Shown here: one piece after another, positions 48,773 through 59,275 of the stretch | How the letters are laid out: every line of letters starts with the position of its first letter | Position numbering within the stretch: position 1 is the first letter of the stretch | Source of the DNA: Acidobacteriota bacterium | GTDB lineage: Bacteria; Acidobacteriota; UBA4820; DSQY01 | Direction: 5' to 3' | Length of the DNA: 64,000 bases | NCBI GenBank assembly: GCA_049967655.1 | Contig: JBMFSH010000008.1 | Coordinates: 1 to 64,000 of the forward strand | Notes under the pieces: generated by a model | The model's database searches: none | The model's input: the letters and a program-made list of their open reading frames with translations, nothing else | Told to the model about the DNA's origin: nothing | Program-made: the position numbers and the translations under genes

Positions 48773-49704
48773 AGATGGCCGTGACGCTCGGCTCCCTCCG
48801 CCTCAAGAATCCTGTCATGCTGGCTTCGGGCTGTTGCGGGTACGGCTTGGACATGGAGGGGTACCTGGACCTGAACCGGCTGGGCGGAGCATGCCTCAAG
48901 GGCCTCTCCGTGGCGGGGAGCGAGGGCAACCCTCCGCCGAGGATCTGGGAGACCCAGGGCGGCATGATCAATGCCATCGGGCTGCAGAACGTAGGGACAC
49001 GGCGGTTCATCGAGGAGAAGGCTCCCCGCCTGAGAGGCTACGACACCGCCTTCGTGGCCAACTTCTACGGGCACACCGTGGAGGAATACGTGGAGGCGGC
49101 CCGCCAGCTCGACGGGGAGCCCTGCCTTGCGGCCCTGGAGATGAACATCTCCTGCCCCAACATCCAGGAGGGAGGCATCCACTTCGGCACCGATCCCGCC
49201 ATGGTCTACGCCGTGACCAAGGCCTGCCGGGAGGTCGCGAAGAAGCCGCTCTGGGTGAAGCTGAGTCCCAACGTCTCGGACGTGGCGGCGGTGGCCAGGG
49301 CCGCCGAGGAGGCGGGGGCCGACGCCCTCACCTGCATCAACACCATGCCCGCCATGGCCATCGACGTAGAGAGGCGAGAATTTCGCATCTGGAACAAGAT
49401 CGGCGGCCTCTCCGGCCCCGCCCTCCGCCCCATCGCCATCCGGATCGTCTACCAGGTGAGCCGGGCCGTGAAGATTCCGGTCGTCGGCATCGGCGGGGTC
49501 GCGACGGCGAGCGACGCCCTCGAGTTCCTTCTCGCGGGCGCCAAGGCGGTCCAGGTAGGGACGGCCCTCTTCGTGGACCCGCAGTGCCCTTACTCCATCC
49601 TCGACGGCATCGAGGCCTACTGCGAACGCCACGGGTTTCCCTCGGTGGAAGCGCTCATCGGCCAGATCAAAGATCCGGGGCCCAGGCCCCGGTGTCACGG
49701 GTGA
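48763..49704 (+). CDS. pyrD: Dihydroorotate dehydrogenase (NAD+), family 1B catalytic subunit
   Basis: KNPVMLASG, GNPPPR, NAIGLQN, EMNISCPN, VKLSPN, GGLSGPA. Confidence 0.95.
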   Translation: MAVEMAVTLGSLRLKNPVMLASGCCGYGLDMEGYLDLNRLGGACLKGLSVAGSEGNPPPRIWETQGGMINAIGLQNVGTRRFIEEKAPRLRGYDTAFVANFYGHTVEEYVEAARQLDGEPCLAALEMNISCPNIQEGGIHFGTDPAMVYAVTKACREVAKKPLWVKLSPNVSDVAAVARAAEEAGADALTCINTMPAMAIDVERREFRIWNKIGGLSGPALRPIAIRIVYQVSRAVKIPVVGIGGVATASDALEFLLAGAKAVQVGTALFVDPQCPYSILDGIEAYCERHGFPSVEALIGQIKDPGPRPRCHG

Positions 49705-49804
49705 CCGCGATGACCATGGCTCGAACCCAGGGTGCCGGCCCTCATCACTTCATCCCCTCATCACCTCATCTTGAAGCCTCCATCGGGCTCCCACGGAGGT
49801 TCAG

Positions 49805-50527
49805 TTGGCAGAGTTGATCATCGCCCTCGACGTGAACGACGAGAGACGCCTGAACGACCTCGCGGCGGCCCTTGAAGGCCAGCCGGTGTGGCTCAAGTTG
49901 GGGTTGGAGGCCCTCTCGGCCTTCGGGTACGGCGTGATTGAGCGGCAGGCCGCGAAGGGCTTCAAAGTCTTTGCGGACGTGAAGTTCCACGACATTCCCA
50001 ACACCGTGGGGGCGGCCTCGCGGGTGTTGACCCGGACGGGGGCGGCCCTCTTCAACGTGCACGCCGCGGGCGGGGTCGCCATGTGCGCGCAGGCCCGGGA
50101 GCAGTCGGAGCGGGAAGCCTCCACCCTGGGCCGTCCCCGGCCCCTCGCGGTGGGCGTGACCATCCTCACGAGCCTGGGCCCCGAGGAGGTCCGCTCGGTC
50201 GGGTACGAGGGGACGCCGGGCGAGGCTGCGCTTCGGTTGGCCATGGTGGCCAAGCAGGGCAACCTGGACGGCGTGGTCTGCTCGGTCCACGAGGCGGCCG
50301 CCGTGAAGGCAGCCTGCGGGCGGGATTTTCTCACCGTATGCCCCGGCATCCGACCGGCGGGCGCCGATATCCAGGACCAGAAGCGCATCGCCACCCCCCG
50401 CGGCGCGGTGGAAGCAGGCGTCGACTTCCTGGTGGTGGGTCGCCCCGTCACCGGTGCACCCGATCCGGCGGCTGCCTGCGCGGCCATCCTCGATCAGATG
50501 CGCGGCCGCGGACCAGGGCCGGGTTGA
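49805..50527 (+). CDS. pyrF: Orotidine-5'-phosphate decarboxylase
   Basis: IIALD, DVKFHDIPNTV, VTILTS, PGIRP, DQKR, VVGRP; GGAGG RBS with TTG start. Confidence 0.95.
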   Translation: MAELIIALDVNDERRLNDLAAALEGQPVWLKLGLEALSAFGYGVIERQAAKGFKVFADVKFHDIPNTVGAASRVLTRTGAALFNVHAAGGVAMCAQAREQSEREASTLGRPRPLAVGVTILTSLGPEEVRSVGYEGTPGEAALRLAMVAKQGNLDGVVCSVHEAAAVKAACGRDFLTVCPGIRPAGADIQDQKRIATPRGAVEAGVDFLVVGRPVTGAPDPAAACAAILDQMRGRGPGPG

Positions 50528-50626
50528 CATGATCCGAAAGAAGGACAATCTCCGCTCGTTGATCGAGCAGAACCGGGAGGCTCCGCTGCCTCCCTCCCTT
50601 TTTGCTGGTGACGACAGGAGGCCCGC

Positions 50627-51610
50627 ATGCACGTCTTGAGGACGCTGAAGAGCCGCTATTACGTGTCCAGGCCGGAGGATTCCCTCCCCTCGCGCCTTTG
50701 GAAATCGGCGACCCGGCGACACGTCCCCTCCTTCCCCCGCACGGTGCAGTTCCAGACGCAGACGGGCTGCAACGCGGCCTGCATCTTCTGCCCCTACCCC
50801 GACACGGTGGAGAGCCAACCCAAGGGATTCATGTCCGCGGAGCTCTTCGAGCGGATCGTGGACGAGATCGCCCGGCACGGCGTGCGGCGCATCTCTCCCT
50901 ACCTCATGAACGAGCCCTTCCTGGATCCCGGTATCATCGACAAGATGGTCGCCATCAAGCGGAAGATCCCCGAAGCGCGCCTCGTGGTGACCAGCAACGG
51001 ATCGAGGCTCACCCCGCGGGTGGCGGAACGGCTCATTGCGGCAAACGTGCTGCACGCCCTCTATATCTCTTTCCAGGGGGTGGAGAAGGAGCCCTACGAG
51101 GCGACCATGGGCGGCGCCATGGTTTTCGAGAGAACCATGGAGAACGTCACGAGCCTCATCGAGAAGTGGCGGGCCGCCGGCGGCCGGGATCGCTTCAAGA
51201 TCGTGGTGACCATGGTCGGGACCAACAGGATCGACGTGGAGAAGGCCGTGGCCTTCTGGCGGGACAAGGGCGTGGAGAGCCAATGGACGGCCTTGGAGAA
51301 CCGCGGCGGAAACATCGCCATCGCCTCCGACTTGGCGCCCCGGAACCATCCCATGAAACACTTCGCCACCTGCACCCGCCTCTTCAAGCAGGCCTACATC
51401 CTGTTCAACGGGGACATGGTGCTTTGCTGCACCGATTACAGGCGCAAGGTGATCCTCGGCAACGTGGCCAAATCCAGCATCGCCGAGGTCTGGAACTCCG
51501 AGAAAAGCGTGGCCATCCGCCGGCTCTTCTCGGAGGGCCGCATGAACCAGATCCCGCTCTGCCGCACCTGCGAGATCAGCGACACCGACGGCGGGGAGGA
51601 GTTCAACTAG
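50627..51610 (+). CDS. Radical SAM protein with SPASM/twitch-like C-terminal domain
   Basis: CNAACIFC, NEPF; C-terminal CTRLF..GDMVLCC..CRTC; AGGAGG RBS. Confidence 0.88.
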   Translation: MHVLRTLKSRYYVSRPEDSLPSRLWKSATRRHVPSFPRTVQFQTQTGCNAACIFCPYPDTVESQPKGFMSAELFERIVDEIARHGVRRISPYLMNEPFLDPGIIDKMVAIKRKIPEARLVVTSNGSRLTPRVAERLIAANVLHALYISFQGVEKEPYEATMGGAMVFERTMENVTSLIEKWRAAGGRDRFKIVVTMVGTNRIDVEKAVAFWRDKGVESQWTALENRGGNIAIASDLAPRNHPMKHFATCTRLFKQAYILFNGDMVLCCTDYRRKVILGNVAKSSIAEVWNSEKSVAIRRLFSEGRMNQIPLCRTCEISDTDGGEEFN

Positions 51611-51712
51611 GCTCCCATCGGCGCCGGAACGCGCCTTCCTGCGCTTGGCTCCGGAAGGCAGGCCCTTCAAGGGTGAATCAGAATTGTTGGACAGCTATGA
51701 TTCAGCATGAAT

Positions 51713-54175
51713 CTATTTGGCTTTGCCTCTCGGCTTCGTGAGCGCTGAGTTCCTCCGGCCTTTGGCGGGCCTCGCCGCGGAGGCACGTCTGGGGCCCGCC
51801 TTCGAAGAAGTTGTCTTCTTCTTGGCCTGCCTGGGCCTGAGGGCTAGCTCGAGGGCCTGGGGAATCTCTTTGACGAAGTGGAAGGTCATGTCTTTCTTCG
51901 CCTCCTCGGTGAGATCCTCCAGGTCGTTCTCGTTGCGTTCGGGAAGGATCACGGCCGAAAGCCCAGCCCGTTTCGCAGCAAGCACCTTCTCCTTGATGCC
52001 CCCCACGGGCAGCACCTTGCCCGTGAGCGTGATCTCGCCGGTCATGGCGAGGTCGTCGCGCACGACCCTGCCCGTGAGCAGGGAGACGAGCGATGAGGTG
52101 AGCGCCACGCCCGCCGAAGGGCCGTCCTTGGGAATGGCCCCCTGCGGCACGTGGACGTGGATGTCCCGCTTGGCGAAGATGTCCTCCGAGATGCCCAGCT
52201 CCTTGGCGTGGGTGCGGATCCAGGAGAGGGCCGCGTGGGCCGACTCCTTCATCACGTCGCCGAGCTGACCGGTCAGCGACAGGGAACCCCGCCCCTTCAT
52301 GGCCGTGGACTCCACGAAGAGGATGTCGCCGCCCACGGGGGTCCAGGCCAGGCCCGTGGCAACGCCGGGCCGGTCGATGCGCTCCCTCGTCTCCAGGTAG
52401 ACCTGCTGAGGGCCCAGGTATTCGCGGATATTATGGGCGGTCAGGGTCACCTTGGCCTTTCGCCCAGCGATCCGGGCCTTGGCCACCTTCCGGCAGACGG
52501 CGGACATCTCCCGCTCCAGGTTCCGGACGCCGGCCTCTCGCGTGTAGTCGGAGATGATGGCCCGCAGCCCATCGTCCGAAAACAGGACCTGGCTCCGCTT
52601 CAGGCCGTGGTTGGAGAGGACGCGCGGCAGGAGGTGCTCCTTGGCGATGTGGAGCTTCTCCTCCTCGGTGTAGCCGGGAAGCCGCAGAACCTCCATCCGG
52701 TCGAGGAGGGGTTGCGGGATGGTGTCCAGGATGTTGGCCGTGGCGATGAACATGGTCTTGGAGAGATCGAAGGCGACCTCGAGGTAGTGGTCCGAAAAGG
52801 AGAAGTTCTGCTCGGGATCCAGAACCTCCAGGAGGGCCGACGTGGGATCGCCGCGGAAATCCATCCCGACCTTGTCCAGCTCGTCGAGCATCATGACCGG
52901 GTTGTGGCTGCCCGCCTTCCTCATGCCCTGGATGATGCGGCCGGGCAGGGCGCCCACGTAGGTGCGGCGGTGGCCCCGGATCTCGGCCTCGTCGCGGATG
53001 CCGCCCAGGCTCATGCGCACAAACTTTCGGCCGAGCGAGCGGGCGATGGAGCGCCCGAGGCTCGTCTTGCCCACGCCGGGAGGCCCCACCAGGCACAAGA
53101 TGGGGCCCTTGAGATCCTTCTTGAGCTGCTGCACCGCGAGGTATTCGATGATCCGGTCCTTGACCTTCTCCAGGCCGTAGTGATCCTCGTCCAGGAACCT
53201 CTGGGCCCGCTCAATGTCGAGGCGGTCCTTAGTGCTCTTGCTCCAAGGCAGCTCGATGAGCCAGTCCAGGTAAGTGCGGGAGACGGTGTATTCGGCGGCC
53301 GAGGGGTGCATCATGGCGAGCCGGTCCACCTCCTTGAGGGCTACCTCTTCCGCCTCCTTGGGCATCTTGGCCTTGGCCACCCTGGCCTTGAGCTCATCCA
53401 CTTCCCTGACGCGGTCGTCCCCCTCGCCCAGCTCCTTCTGAATGGCCTTCATTTGCTCCTTCAAGAAGTAGTCGCGCTGGGCCTTGTTCAGCTTATCGAT
53501 AACCTCGGACTGGATCTTCGAACCCAGCTCCACCACCTGGAGCTCCCGAGCCAGAATGCCCGTGAGCATTTTGAGGCGCTGTATGGTGTCGACCTCCTCC
53601 AGGATGGCCTGCTTCTCCGCCAGGGGGATGCTGAGGTTGAAACTGATGGTGTCCACCACGCGGTTGGCGTCTTCGTAACGCTGGAGCGGCGCAACCATCT
53701 CCTGGGGGATGGACGGGACCAGGCTGGCCAGCTTCTCGTATTGGGCCAGGATGTTCTTCTGGAGGGCCTCCACCTCGATGGGGCTGCCCGGGATGTTTTC
53801 AAGGAAGCTCACTCGGGCCTCGAAGTAGCTCTCCTCCGGTGTGAAGGACTCCACCCGCACCTTTCCCTGGCCGTGGACGATCACCGACAGGTTGTTGGGC
53901 GCCACACGCATGAGCCTGAGGATCTTGGCAATGACGCCCACGCGGTAGAGGTCGTCCTGCCCCGGCTCCTCCACGTCGCCGTCCTTTTGGCTCAGGATGA
54001 GCAGGTAGCCCTCTCCGCGCGTGGCCTGCTCCACCGCCTTGAGCGACTTGTCTCGCCCCACCGCGAGCGGAATGATCATGTCCGGGAAGAGCAGGGTGTT
54101 CCGCAACGGAAGGACGGGTAGGACGGGGTTTTCTTTGAGTTTCTTTTCCAGGTCCTGTTCGGCTGCGCTCGTCAT
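51713..54175 (-). CDS. lon: ATP-dependent Lon protease
   Basis: LPLRN, GPPGVGKTS, HRRTYVGALPG, PKDGPSAG, GGIKEK; start MTSAA. Confidence 0.96.
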   Translation of the reverse strand: MTSAAEQDLEKKLKENPVLPVLPLRNTLLFPDMIIPLAVGRDKSLKAVEQATRGEGYLLILSQKDGDVEEPGQDDLYRVGVIAKILRLMRVAPNNLSVIVHGQGKVRVESFTPEESYFEARVSFLENIPGSPIEVEALQKNILAQYEKLASLVPSIPQEMVAPLQRYEDANRVVDTISFNLSIPLAEKQAILEEVDTIQRLKMLTGILARELQVVELGSKIQSEVIDKLNKAQRDYFLKEQMKAIQKELGEGDDRVREVDELKARVAKAKMPKEAEEVALKEVDRLAMMHPSAAEYTVSRTYLDWLIELPWSKSTKDRLDIERAQRFLDEDHYGLEKVKDRIIEYLAVQQLKKDLKGPILCLVGPPGVGKTSLGRSIARSLGRKFVRMSLGGIRDEAEIRGHRRTYVGALPGRIIQGMRKAGSHNPVMMLDELDKVGMDFRGDPTSALLEVLDPEQNFSFSDHYLEVAFDLSKTMFIATANILDTIPQPLLDRMEVLRLPGYTEEEKLHIAKEHLLPRVLSNHGLKRSQVLFSDDGLRAIISDYTREAGVRNLEREMSAVCRKVAKARIAGRKAKVTLTAHNIREYLGPQQVYLETRERIDRPGVATGLAWTPVGGDILFVESTAMKGRGSLSLTGQLGDVMKESAHAALSWIRTHAKELGISEDIFAKRDIHVHVPQGAIPKDGPSAGVALTSSLVSLLTGRVVRDDLAMTGEITLTGKVLPVGGIKEKVLAAKRAGLSAVILPERNENDLEDLTEEAKKDMTFHFVKEIPQALELALRPRQAKKKTTSSKAGPRRASAARPAKGRRNSALTKPRGKAK

Positions 54176-54520
54176 CTCGTTTTCCCCCTTCGGGCCCAGC
54201 CTTGTCGGGCTGGCCGGTGCGGGCGCCGGGGCTGCAAGTCCCCGATTATGCTCGCCACTGACGCCCAAGCGACGGTGGCCCCGGTGCCATGAGCGCCGGC
54301 GAATGTTTCTCTGTCTAGCATAGCGGAACTGCCACCGAACCCGCAACCCTGAGGCTTAGGGAGGGGGACTCGGCCGGAGGTTCTTGTACACGAAGCGCTC
54401 TCCTCTTATTCCGCCCCCCAAGATCCCACGCCCCCTCCCTGGCCCGAGCGCAAGCCCCTTTACAGCGAGCCGGTTATGTGTTACGCTCTTATCTTTGAGG
54501 TGGATAGGAGAAACGCGAAG

Positions 54521-54784
54521 ATGGAGAGACAAAACAAGAAAGTCCTCATGGAGCAGTACCGGAAGCACCCCTCCGACACGGGCTCGCCTGAGGTCCAGAT
54601 CGCCCTTCTTTCGGACCGCATCAACTCCCTGACGGACCACATGAAGACCCATCGCAAGGACTTCAGCACCCGCCGGGGCCTGTTGATGCTGGTCGGCCAG
54701 CGCCGACGCCTGCTCAACTATCTCAAAGACCGTGACATCGAGCGGTACCGCGAGCTGATCGGTCGGCTGGGCTTGCGCAAATAA
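54521..54784 (+). CDS. rpsO: 30S ribosomal protein S15
   Basis: [35 protein letters not shown]. Confidence 0.96.
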   Translation: MERQNKKVLMEQYRKHPSDTGSPEVQIALLSDRINSLTDHMKTHRKDFSTRRGLLMLVGQRRRLLNYLKDRDIERYRELIGRLGLRK

Positions 54785-54858
54785 CACGTCAGCCCATTCT
54801 TTCCAGCTCCCGACAACAGCCGAAGCGGAAGAGGTGTGGCAGGAGATGAGGTGCGTTC

Positions 54859-57081
54859 ATGTACCGTGAAGAAACGGTCACAGTTGATGTCGGGGGCAGG
54901 GCCCTCAAATTCAGTACGGGCAAGGTAGCCAAACAGGCCCACGGAGCCACGTGGGTCCGTTACGGCGATTCGGTGGTCCTGGTGACCGCCGCCATGGACA
55001 AGAACGGTAGGGAGGGGCTCGACTTCCTTCCCTTCACCGTGGATTACCGAGAGTACACTTACGCGGGCGGCCGCATCCCCGGCGGCTTCTTCAAGCGGGA
55101 GGGGAAGCCCACCGATCCGGAGGTGCTCATCTCCCGCATGATTGACCGGCCGCTGCGGCCACTCTTTCCCGAGGGGTTCCACTACGAGACGCAAGTCATC
55201 GCCATGGTGCTCTCGGCGGACTATGAAAACGACCCCGGGATCATGGCCATCAACGGCGCCTCCTTCGCCCTCTACTGCTCGACCATCCCCTTCACACGTC
55301 CCGTCGGAGCCGTGCGGGTTGGCCTCATGGACGGCCAGTACGTGGTCAACCCCTCCATGAAGGTCATGGACCAAAGTCGCCTGAATCTGGTGGTGGCCGG
55401 CACCAAGGAGGCCATCTGCATGGTGGAGGCGGGGGCCGGCGAGCTCTCCGAGTCGGAGATGGTGGAGGCTCTCAAGGTCGCCCACGCTGAGATCCGCAAG
55501 ATCGTTCAGGCTCAGGAGGAGCTCTTCACCCGCCTGGGCATCCAGAAGATGGTGGTAGAGAGGCCCGGCGTGGACCCCGCCCACCTCGCCGAGGTGGAAG
55601 AGAAGATCGCCGCGCCGCTCAAACAGGCCATGGCCGTCAAGGGCAAGCTGGCCATGTACGCCGCCCTCGACAAGGTCCGGGACGACCTGCTGGCCACCTA
55701 CCCCGAGGACCAGCCCGAACGCAAGGCCGAGGCGGGCAGGATCTACCACGAGGTCCTCGTGAAGACCTTCCGCTCCGTCCTGCTGCGCGAGGGCCGCCGC
55801 GTGGACGGCCGCCTCTTCGACGAGATCCGGCCGGTCTGGAGCGAGGTGGGAGTGCTCCCCAGAACCCACGGCTCGGCCCTCTTCACCCGCGGCGAGACCA
55901 TGGCCCTGGCCAACTGCACCCTCGGCACGGCCGCGGATGCCCAGCGCCTCTCGGGCCTTCTCGAAGGCCAGCAGAAGCACTTCATCCTGCACTACAACTT
56001 CCCTCCCTTCAGCGTTGGCGAGGTCAAGTTCCTACGCGGACCCGGCCGGCGCGAAATCGGACACGGAGCCCTGGCGGAGCGGGCCATCGCGCCCATGATC
56101 CCCGACGAGAAATCCTTCCCCTACACCATCCGCGTGGTCTCCGATATCCTCGAATCCAACGGCTCCTCTTCACAGGCCACCATCTGCGGTGCCACCCTGG
56201 CCCTCATGGACGCGGGCGTCCCCATCAAGGCCCCCGTGGCCGGAGTGGCCATGGGCCTCATCATGGAAGGGGACCGATACGCCATCCTCTCGGACATCGC
56301 CGGACTGGAGGACCACTACGGGGACATGGACTTCAAGGTGGCCGGCACCTCCAAGGGGATCACGGCCCTCCAGATGGACATCAAGGTGGACGGCATCTCC
56401 TTCGAGATCATGACTGAGGCGCTGGAGCAGGCCCGCAAGGGCCGCCTGCACCTGCTGGAGCTCATGGCCCAGACCCTCCCGGCCCCGCGCGCCGACATTT
56501 CGCCTTACGCTCCCCGGATCTACGCCATCCAGATCCCCAAGGCCAAGATCGGCGAGCTGATCGGCCCCGGAGGCAAGAACGTGCGCGCCATCCAGGAATC
56601 AACCGGCGTGGACATCAACATCGAGGAGGACGGCACCGTCCAGGTGGCCTCCAACGATGCGGCGGCCGCCGAGAAGGCCCTCGCCATGATCCGTGCCCAG
56701 ATGGAAGAGCCCGAGCTGGGGCGAATCTACAAGGGCGTGGTGAAGCGCGTGGAACCGTACGGGGCCTTTGTGGAGATCCTTCCCGGCACGGACGGCCTCC
56801 TGCACGTTTCCGAGCTGGACTGGAACCGCGTGGACAGCGTGGACGACGTGCTGAAACTGGGCGACGAGATCGAGGTCAAGCTCGTGGATTACGAGCGCGG
56901 CGGCAAGCTCCGTTTGAGCCGGAAGGTCCTTCTGCCGAAGCCCGAGGGCTACGTGGAGCGTCCGCGCGCGCCGCGCGATGACCGCCCGCCCCGCAGCGGC
57001 CCCAGGGGAGACCGACGTGACGACCGCCGAGGCGATCGCGACAGGGGCGGCGACCGAGGCCGGCCCAGCCGGCCCCGCTGA
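54859..57081 (+). CDS. pnp: Polyribonucleotide nucleotidyltransferase
   Basis: GRIPGGFFKRE, RREIGHG, DMDFKVAGT, KH and S1 domains; follows rpsO. Confidence 0.97.
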   Translation: MYREETVTVDVGGRALKFSTGKVAKQAHGATWVRYGDSVVLVTAAMDKNGREGLDFLPFTVDYREYTYAGGRIPGGFFKREGKPTDPEVLISRMIDRPLRPLFPEGFHYETQVIAMVLSADYENDPGIMAINGASFALYCSTIPFTRPVGAVRVGLMDGQYVVNPSMKVMDQSRLNLVVAGTKEAICMVEAGAGELSESEMVEALKVAHAEIRKIVQAQEELFTRLGIQKMVVERPGVDPAHLAEVEEKIAAPLKQAMAVKGKLAMYAALDKVRDDLLATYPEDQPERKAEAGRIYHEVLVKTFRSVLLREGRRVDGRLFDEIRPVWSEVGVLPRTHGSALFTRGETMALANCTLGTAADAQRLSGLLEGQQKHFILHYNFPPFSVGEVKFLRGPGRREIGHGALAERAIAPMIPDEKSFPYTIRVVSDILESNGSSSQATICGATLALMDAGVPIKAPVAGVAMGLIMEGDRYAILSDIAGLEDHYGDMDFKVAGTSKGITALQMDIKVDGISFEIMTEALEQARKGRLHLLELMAQTLPAPRADISPYAPRIYAIQIPKAKIGELIGPGGKNVRAIQESTGVDINIEEDGTVQVASNDAAAAEKALAMIRAQMEEPELGRIYKGVVKRVEPYGAFVEILPGTDGLLHVSELDWNRVDSVDDVLKLGDEIEVKLVDYERGGKLRLSRKVLLPKPEGYVERPRAPRDDRPPRSGPRGDRRDDRRGDRDRGGDRGRPSRPR

Positions 57082-57109
57082 GCCCCACTCTTCCTTTCGC
57101 ACCAATTCC

Positions 57110-57140
57110 GGGCACGGACATAAAAGGTCCGTGCCCTTTT
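57110..57140 (+). terminator. Rho-independent terminator after pnp
   Basis: GGGCACGGAC-N7-GTCCGTGCCC-TTTT. Confidence 0.85.
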
Positions 57141-57235
57141 CGTTTCTCCATCCATCATCCCTATCACTCCCATCCCCTCTTGACCCCTCCCACACTGAGG
57201 CATTACGCTGTTCAGTAAGGGACGGGGCAGGGAAC

Positions 57236-57607
57236 ATGAAGCAGACGATCCTCGTTATCGACGACAACCCCGATCTGCTGGATATCGTCGATGCGATCCT
57301 CTCGGAAGCGGGTTTTTTAGTGGCCAAGGCCCTTTCGGGCGAGGACGGGCTGGGCGTGGCGCGAAACCTTCGTCCCCACCTGATCCTCCTCGATCTGAAC
57401 ATGCCCAGGATGGACGGCTGGGAGGTCCTCAATCTCCTCAAGGCCGACGCCGTCACCAGGGAGATCCCCGTGGCCATCTTCTCGGTGCGCACCGACCTCA
57501 AGGACAAGATCTTCGGCCTCCAGCGGGGGGCCGTCGACTACATCCCCAAGCCCTTCCAGTACGACCGCCTGGCCGCGCGCGTCTCGCGGATCCTCGAGCA
57601 CGCCTGA
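57236..57607 (+). CDS. Single-domain response regulator
   Basis: ILVIDDN, LLDLNMPRMDG, DYIPKPF. Confidence 0.88.
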   Translation: MKQTILVIDDNPDLLDIVDAILSEAGFLVAKALSGEDGLGVARNLRPHLILLDLNMPRMDGWEVLNLLKADAVTREIPVAIFSVRTDLKDKIFGLQRGAVDYIPKPFQYDRLAARVSRILEHA

Positions 57608-57755
57608 AACAACCAGCACCGTCGAAGCTGGACCACGGCACTGCGGGACGCGCAAGGCCCCTTGATGTCTGCTTGCCACGGGACGCGGCCCCTCGCCTCA
57701 CGCCGAGGGGCCGCTCAAGGTCGGTTGCATGACGAAGGGAACGGCGGTGGCGCGC

Positions 57756-58016
57756 TCAGGCTCGGATGCGCCCGCGTTCGATGGCGGCCTTCACCAGCGC
57801 CAGAATCTTCTCGAGTTCCTCCCGGACGGCCGCCTGGATGTGCTTGGGGTTCCCCAGCCCCTCGACGGCCGTCCTGTAGGAGGCGCGCTTCTGGAAGAGG
57901 ATGCGCCCTCCCGCGTACACTCGCACCTCCAGCTCGGCGTTGCCTTCGAGATCCTCGATCTGGATGTGGAAATCGGCCCCGCCGTGCTCGAAGTGGGTGT
58001 TCACCCCGGTGATCAC
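57756..58016 (-). CDS. Small conserved hypothetical protein
   Basis: MITGVNTHFEHGGADFHIQIED; GTGA-coupled to the metallophosphoesterase. Confidence 0.65.
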   Translation of the reverse strand: MITGVNTHFEHGGADFHIQIEDLEGNAELEVRVYAGGRILFQKRASYRTAVEGLGNPKHIQAAVREELEKILALVKAAIERGRIRA

Positions 58017-58762
58017 GTGCCCACCTTCAGGCGGTTGGCCAAGTGGACCGGCAGCCCCGCCCTCCTGATCCGTTCCGCCGCCACCTCCACCTCGTACTCC
58101 ACCCTCCGGACCACCAGCCGCCGGGCCTCCGGGTAGAACTCCGCGAAGGCCGCCTTGGCGTTCCGGTCCCTGGGCTGGCCTACGGAGCCGGGGTTGATGA
58201 GGTAACGCGCCTCGGACGAAAGGGTCAGCTCCACCTGGTCGCCCCGGATGGGCAGGTATTCGACCCCCTCCTCGCTCTTCCGGTAGACCGCCGGGATGTG
58301 GGTGTGGCCGAAGAAGCAGATGTGGAAGGGGGCGGCCTGAAAGGCCTGGTAGGCGTCGAAATCCGAGAAGAGATAGGCGTCCTCGTCCTGGAACGAACCG
58401 TGGGCCAGCCAGATCCCGGGGAGCACCTCGACGGGCCCCACGGGCAGGCGCCGGAGGTACTCCCGGTTCTCCAGCCTCAGGTGGTGCAGCGTCCAGAGGG
58501 CCGCCTCCCGCGCGGCGCTGTTGAAGTTGTCGCCGTCCTCGATGCCGCAGCAGACCTTGTCGTGGTTGCCTCGCACCACTCGGAGGTTGCGCACCCTCCG
58601 GATCCGGCTCACCACGGGATTGGGGTTGGCCCCGTAGCCCACCAAGTCCCCGAGGCAGAAAACGCCCTCGTAGCGGCGTCGCTGGACGACCCGGAAGACG
58701 GCCTCCAGCGCCTGCTGGTTGGCGTGCACGTCCGAGATGATGAGGTAGCGCTTTCTGGCCAA
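58013..58762 (-). CDS. Metallophosphoesterase (calcineurin-like family)
   Basis: SDVHAN, LGDLVGYG, RGNHD, AHGS, GHTH, NPGSVGQPRD. Confidence 0.9.
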   Translation of the reverse strand: MARKRYLIISDVHANQQALEAVFRVVQRRRYEGVFCLGDLVGYGANPNPVVSRIRRVRNLRVVRGNHDKVCCGIEDGDNFNSAAREAALWTLHHLRLENREYLRRLPVGPVEVLPGIWLAHGSFQDEDAYLFSDFDAYQAFQAAPFHICFFGHTHIPAVYRKSEEGVEYLPIRGDQVELTLSSEARYLINPGSVGQPRDRNAKAAFAEFYPEARRLVVRRVEYEVEVAAERIRRAGLPVHLANRLKVGT

Positions 58763-58786
58763 CCCGTCTCCCTGCTTGGTTTCACG

Positions 58787-59275
58787 TTAGATGAAACGCA
58801 GAATCGCGTCAACCACCTCGTCCACCGTGAGCCCCTCCGTCCAGACCCGGTGGGAGGCCCTGGCGTACCAGCGCCGGCGGCGGAGGAAGAGCCCGAAGAG
58901 GTCGGGGTCCTTCAGCATGGGCCGCCGGGCGTCACCGGCTACGCGCCTTTGCACCTCCTGGAAGGTGAGGTCGAGGTGAACGGTGGGGCCGAGCCGGTTC
59001 AGAAGAGGTGCGGTCTCGTCGTTAAAGCCCCCGCCCCCCACGGCGAGCACCCGCTGGCCCTCCTCCGGCGTGGAGAGGATGATCCGGCGCTCCAGGTCCC
59101 GGAAATAGGGCTCCCCTTTCTGGGCGAAGATCCGCGCGATGGGCATGCCCTCCTGCTCCTCGATGAGCGCGTCCGTATCCTTGAAGGGCCAGCGCAGGCG
59201 CATGGCCAGCACTCGCCCCACGGTGCTCTTGCCGCTCCCCATGAATCCCACGAGGGTGATAGTCCTGCCGCTCAT
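58787..59275 (-). CDS. aroK: Shikimate kinase
   Basis: GFMGSGKSTVG, DTD, GEPYFRDLE, GGG, RPML. Confidence 0.92.
   Translation of the reverse strand: MSGRTITLVGFMGSGKSTVGRVLAMRLRWPFKDTDALIEEQEGMPIARIFAQKGEPYFRDLERRIILSTPEEGQRVLAVGGGGFNDETAPLLNRLGPTVHLDLTFQEVQRRVAGDARRPMLKDPDLFGLFLRRRRWYARASHRVWTEGLTVDEVVDAILRFI

Noticed and set aside
50529..50639. 36-aa ORF (MIRKKDNLRS...PACTS) as a RiPP precursor for the radical SAM enzyme
   Set aside because: No RBS, it overlaps a TTGACA and the enzyme's own RBS and start, and it lacks precursor-like motifs; not supportable without homologues
54440..54520. S15 autoregulatory leader upstream of rpsO
   Set aside because: Plausible by position, but I could not identify a supporting structure by eye; needs an Rfam/Infernal search
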